Positions 60,769 through 64,000 of a stretch of DNA of 64,000 nucleotides are shown piece after piece (the stretch's first letter is position 1; each line of letters begins with the position of its first letter). The notes under the pieces were generated by a model that worked only from the letters and a program-made list of their open reading frames with translations, had not been told where the DNA came from and did no database searches. The DNA is from Squalus acanthias. Lineage: Eukaryota. Position numbers and translations under genes: made by a program. The DNA is taken from assembly GCA_030390025.1 (NCBI GenBank), contig CM059432.1, positions 35,900,001 through 35,964,000 of the forward strand, read 5' to 3'.

Positions 60769-63700
60769 GTCAAGTCGGAGAATCCATTGGTATTGAGTGT
60801 TCTCAAGGGGCAAGTGACAAAAGGCTGTAGTCGATTTCTACCTAAGGGCACCAAGGCAAAAGTCAACCTGGAGGACCAAGGACGGCAGAAGGTGTCTTTT
60901 ACCTTCAATGTAACAAAGACCTTACGAAATAGGTTCCAAAGTGCCATTGGGACTGAGCCGGATGAAGTCAAGATTCCACCCCTGACGTTGCCTCCCATTT
61001 CTGTGAAAGGGAGCCAGGACAGTAAAAGTGACACTGATTCGGCCGATGCTACAGAGATTGCTACCTCACCGCCCAAATCCAAGGTAGAGTGGAGCAAGGT
61101 GCACTTCAAGAAGAAGCATCTCAACGATGCAGCCAAACCTGTGAGTTTGTCTGACAGGGAACCGTGTAGCTCGTCGGTGGAGGAACCTGTGGATGTAGCA
61201 GTCAAGAAAGATTCTACAGGAGGAAGTGAAACTGTGACAAAGGTGGCTGTTGAACCGAAACCGTCAAATCAGAATCTCAGTACATCCCACATTGGGAAGG
61301 GTGATAACTTGGAGGAGTTCAAGAGTGTCTCCTCATCTTCTGAAAACGATGAGCTTAGGAAGGTTACTCAGGCAGAAGAAGCAATGCAAGTACAATCAGC
61401 TGGCTCGGAGTCTGAGGGGGATTTATTAAGGAAGTCGCCTAGTTTGAAGTCGCAGGACACGAAAAATGCTGAATCTGATCGAGATGTTAGGAAAAATCCA
61501 ATGGCTTCCAAAATCGATGAGGTAGAAAAGGTTTCCTCTCATTCCAAGTCTGAGCGAGATAAGAGGAGCAGCGGTCGTTCCAAGTCTGAGCGAGATACGA
61601 GAAGGACTTCGTCCCGGTCAAAGTATGGGAGAGAGGAAAGAGTCAGTTCATCTCGATCTCGCTCCGATAGAGATTCAAGGGCACCCTCTTCTTACTCGAA
61701 GTCAGACCGGTCGAGGACCTCTTATTACCGTGAGAAAGACAGAGGATATCGTAGAGGCTCCCCTTACTCAGAAAGGAGCAAATCTTCTCGTTCCAAATTG
61801 GGATCTGATTTAAGAGACGCTTCCTCTTGTTCAGATTCCGAAGAAGATTCCAGAAGGTATCATCCCAGATCAAATGACTTGAGAAGGACTTCATTGCATT
61901 CTAAATCCTATAGAGACTTGAGGAAATACCAGTCACGGTCGGATAGAGATCTGAGGGCAACTTCGTCGTGCTCTGAATCAGAGAGAGAGACTAGAAGGAC
62001 TAAATCTAAGTCAGATAAAATATCCAAAACATCAACGTCTTGTTACGAGTCAGAAAGCTCTAAAATTAATTCTCCTGAACCAGAATTAGATTCCAGGAAA
62101 TTGTCCAAATCGGACAGTCATTCAAAGATATCTTCATACCATTCAAAGTCATCGATTTCTTGTCATAAACCAGAGGTAGTTAAAACAAACTCGTCTGACC
62201 CGGAATTGGACTGCAGGAAAATCTCCAAGTCTGATGGTCATTTGAGGACAACTTCATCTCATTCCAAATCTGTAACCTCTTGCCATGAGGTAGCAGTAAA
62301 GAAGGACTCCCCAGAACCAGAAATGGACTCGAGGAAATGTTCTAAGCTGGACAGTAACTCAAAGACAATTCCATCTCATTCCAAGTCATCCACTTGTTGT
62401 GGAATGGAAGCAATTCAAGGGGACTGCCCAGAGCTAGAATCAGATTCCAGGAGAAGTCACAAGCCTGATATTAATTCAAGGATATCCCCATTACATTCTA
62501 AATCAACTACTTGCTGTGAAATAGAAGTAGTTAAAATGGACTCTTCCGAACCAGAATTGGACTCGTGGACTAACAGTAGGTCAGACAATAACTCAATGGT
62601 AACCCCAACTCGCTCTAAGTCAACTACTTGCTATGAAATGGAAGTAGTTAAAATGGATTCTGCAGGGCCAGAATTGGACCCATGGACTAACAGTAGGTCG
62701 GACAAGAACTCAATGGTAACTCCATCTCATTCTAAGTCGACTACTTGCTATGAAATGGAAGTAACTAAAATGGACTCTTCTGAACCAGAACCGGAATTGG
62801 ACTCGTGGGCAAGCTGTAAGTCAGATCGGCAGTCAAGGATAACTACATCTAGTTCCAGATCCCATAAGATGAGGACTTCGCCCCCTTATACATCTGACAG
62901 GGAATTAAGAAGGACTTCATGCTCTGAGTCAGAAGATGAATTCAGAGAGGTTCCTGAACTGCACAAGTCAGGAACAATGCAGACAGTTTCTAGATCAGAT
63001 GAGATTTGTTCCTCACTTGATCACCAATCGGACAATTATGTAAGCACCTCACCGTATTCTACATCAGATTTACCGAGGACGTTCTGCCACTCCAGACTCG
63101 CTGTTGAAATAGCCGGACCTTCAGCTGGTTCTAAATTAGATGGACCTTTGGCAAAAGTTTCATCTTGCTCAGAATCAGATGAAGAACTGAGATCTTCACC
63201 TCATTGCGAGGCTGATTTGACGGTTTCACCTCGTTCCCTATCAAATGAGTTGCTGTCCCCGCCTCATTTCATAACTAATGATTTGAAAACCTCACCTCAT
63301 TCCAGCCCAGATGAGGTTAAGTCTTTGGCCCACCCAAAACTGGAGGAATTCAGCACTTCGCACTACACCGAGACGGAGGAGATTTTGGCCTGTCCCAAAC
63401 CGGACGAGTCCATCTCTGTGCCCCGCTTGTATTTAGATGCAGCTTGGACCGTTTCGGCTGATGCTGAAAGTTGCACAAGAGACGCAAAACATCAAGGCGA
63501 AGAGTCAACAGAAAATAGGGATGTGGATAGTCGAAGGGAGCAACACACCAGTGAAGGAGATGGTTCTGAATCAAAAAATGATAGACTGTTTCACGATCCA
63601 AATAGCTTTAACAATTGCAAAAGTAAACCGAATGTAGTGCCTGGCGACCAAAATTGGGATTCATTTGAGAAAGTTAGATTGTACACAGATTTGGCCAGCC

Positions 63701-64000
63701 ACCTTACTTTTGAAACTAAGGAGTCTTCAGAAGTGAAGACTGAAAGTCCATCAACAAATAACGAAGAAACCTCTTTCTCTGCTAGACCAGATAGTTCTGT
63801 TAAAGTGGAACCAGAGCAGTCGATGGAAATTTCTGAAGATGAGGAAGAGACCGATGAAGACTTGGCTGTGGAGGTGGCCGAGAGGCCACCGCCTTTGAGC
63901 ACTGCCGACCTGACGAGCTCAAATGAAGCGGAACACAGTTTACAGAATTACAAAACCAAGTCTTACTGTGACAGCAGCTCTATGAAGGCAGAATACAACA
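60769..64000 (+). CDS. setd2: SETD2 giant exon 3 (partial, >1077 codons, runs off the window)
   Basis: gttgcag|GTC AAG; VKSEN...SRFLPKGTKAKVNLEDQGRQKVSFTF...SPPKSKVEWSKVHFKKKHL matches recalled SETD2 SRFLPKGTKTKVNLEEQGRQKVSFSF and SPPKSRVELGKIHFKKHL. An RS/RD-rich block follows, and I found no stop up to 64000. Confidence 0.95.
62023..62853 (+). repeat. Coding tandem repeat, 7 x 117-123 nt (39-41 aa), inside SETD2 exon 3
   Basis: Units start at 62023, 62143, 62263, 62380, 62497, 62614 and 62731; consensus approximately SKSTTCxExEVVKxDSxEPELDSxxxSKSDxxSxxTPSH. Confidence 0.9.

Noticed and set aside
62497..62750. SKSTT units as SPOP-binding degrons
   Set aside because: They lack the leading non-polar residue of the SPOP consensus, so sequence alone does not support the idea.
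60552..63902. Minus-strand and off-frame ORFs (60552-61205, 61643-61894, 63350-63601, 63591-63902 and others)
   Set aside because: Shadows of the SETD2 giant exon, with no independent motifs or splice support.

Overview
Vertebrate genomic DNA, very probably an elasmobranch (shark/ray), judged from HE1-like V-SINEs, SacSINE1/Deu-like SINEs and dense CR1, L2, Penelope and Tx1 debris. Most ORFs in the supplied track are transposon fragments or antisense noise, and neither real gene appears there. On the + strand is the 5' part of SETD2: coding exon 1 (24766-24800), a 16-nt microexon (57923-57938) and a giant exon from 60769 that stays open past the window end. That exon carries about seven tandem 39-41 aa Ser/Cys-rich repeats that I do not recognise from human SETD2. 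On the - strand, head-to-head with SETD2, four phase-compatible exons (21243-21346, 10863-10958, 8153-8214, 4100-4226) encode the N-terminus of a divergent tubulin, most likely zeta-tubulin. As assembled, its fourth coding exon has a frameshift just before the GGTGSG signature, which suggests recent pseudogenisation, a null allele or an assembly error. SETD2 intron 1 also holds three young Penelope-tail fold-back insertions with 15-17 bp TSDs, breaking in or next to minimal hammerhead ribozyme motifs. Homologue comparisons are from memory, and TE boundaries are approximate.
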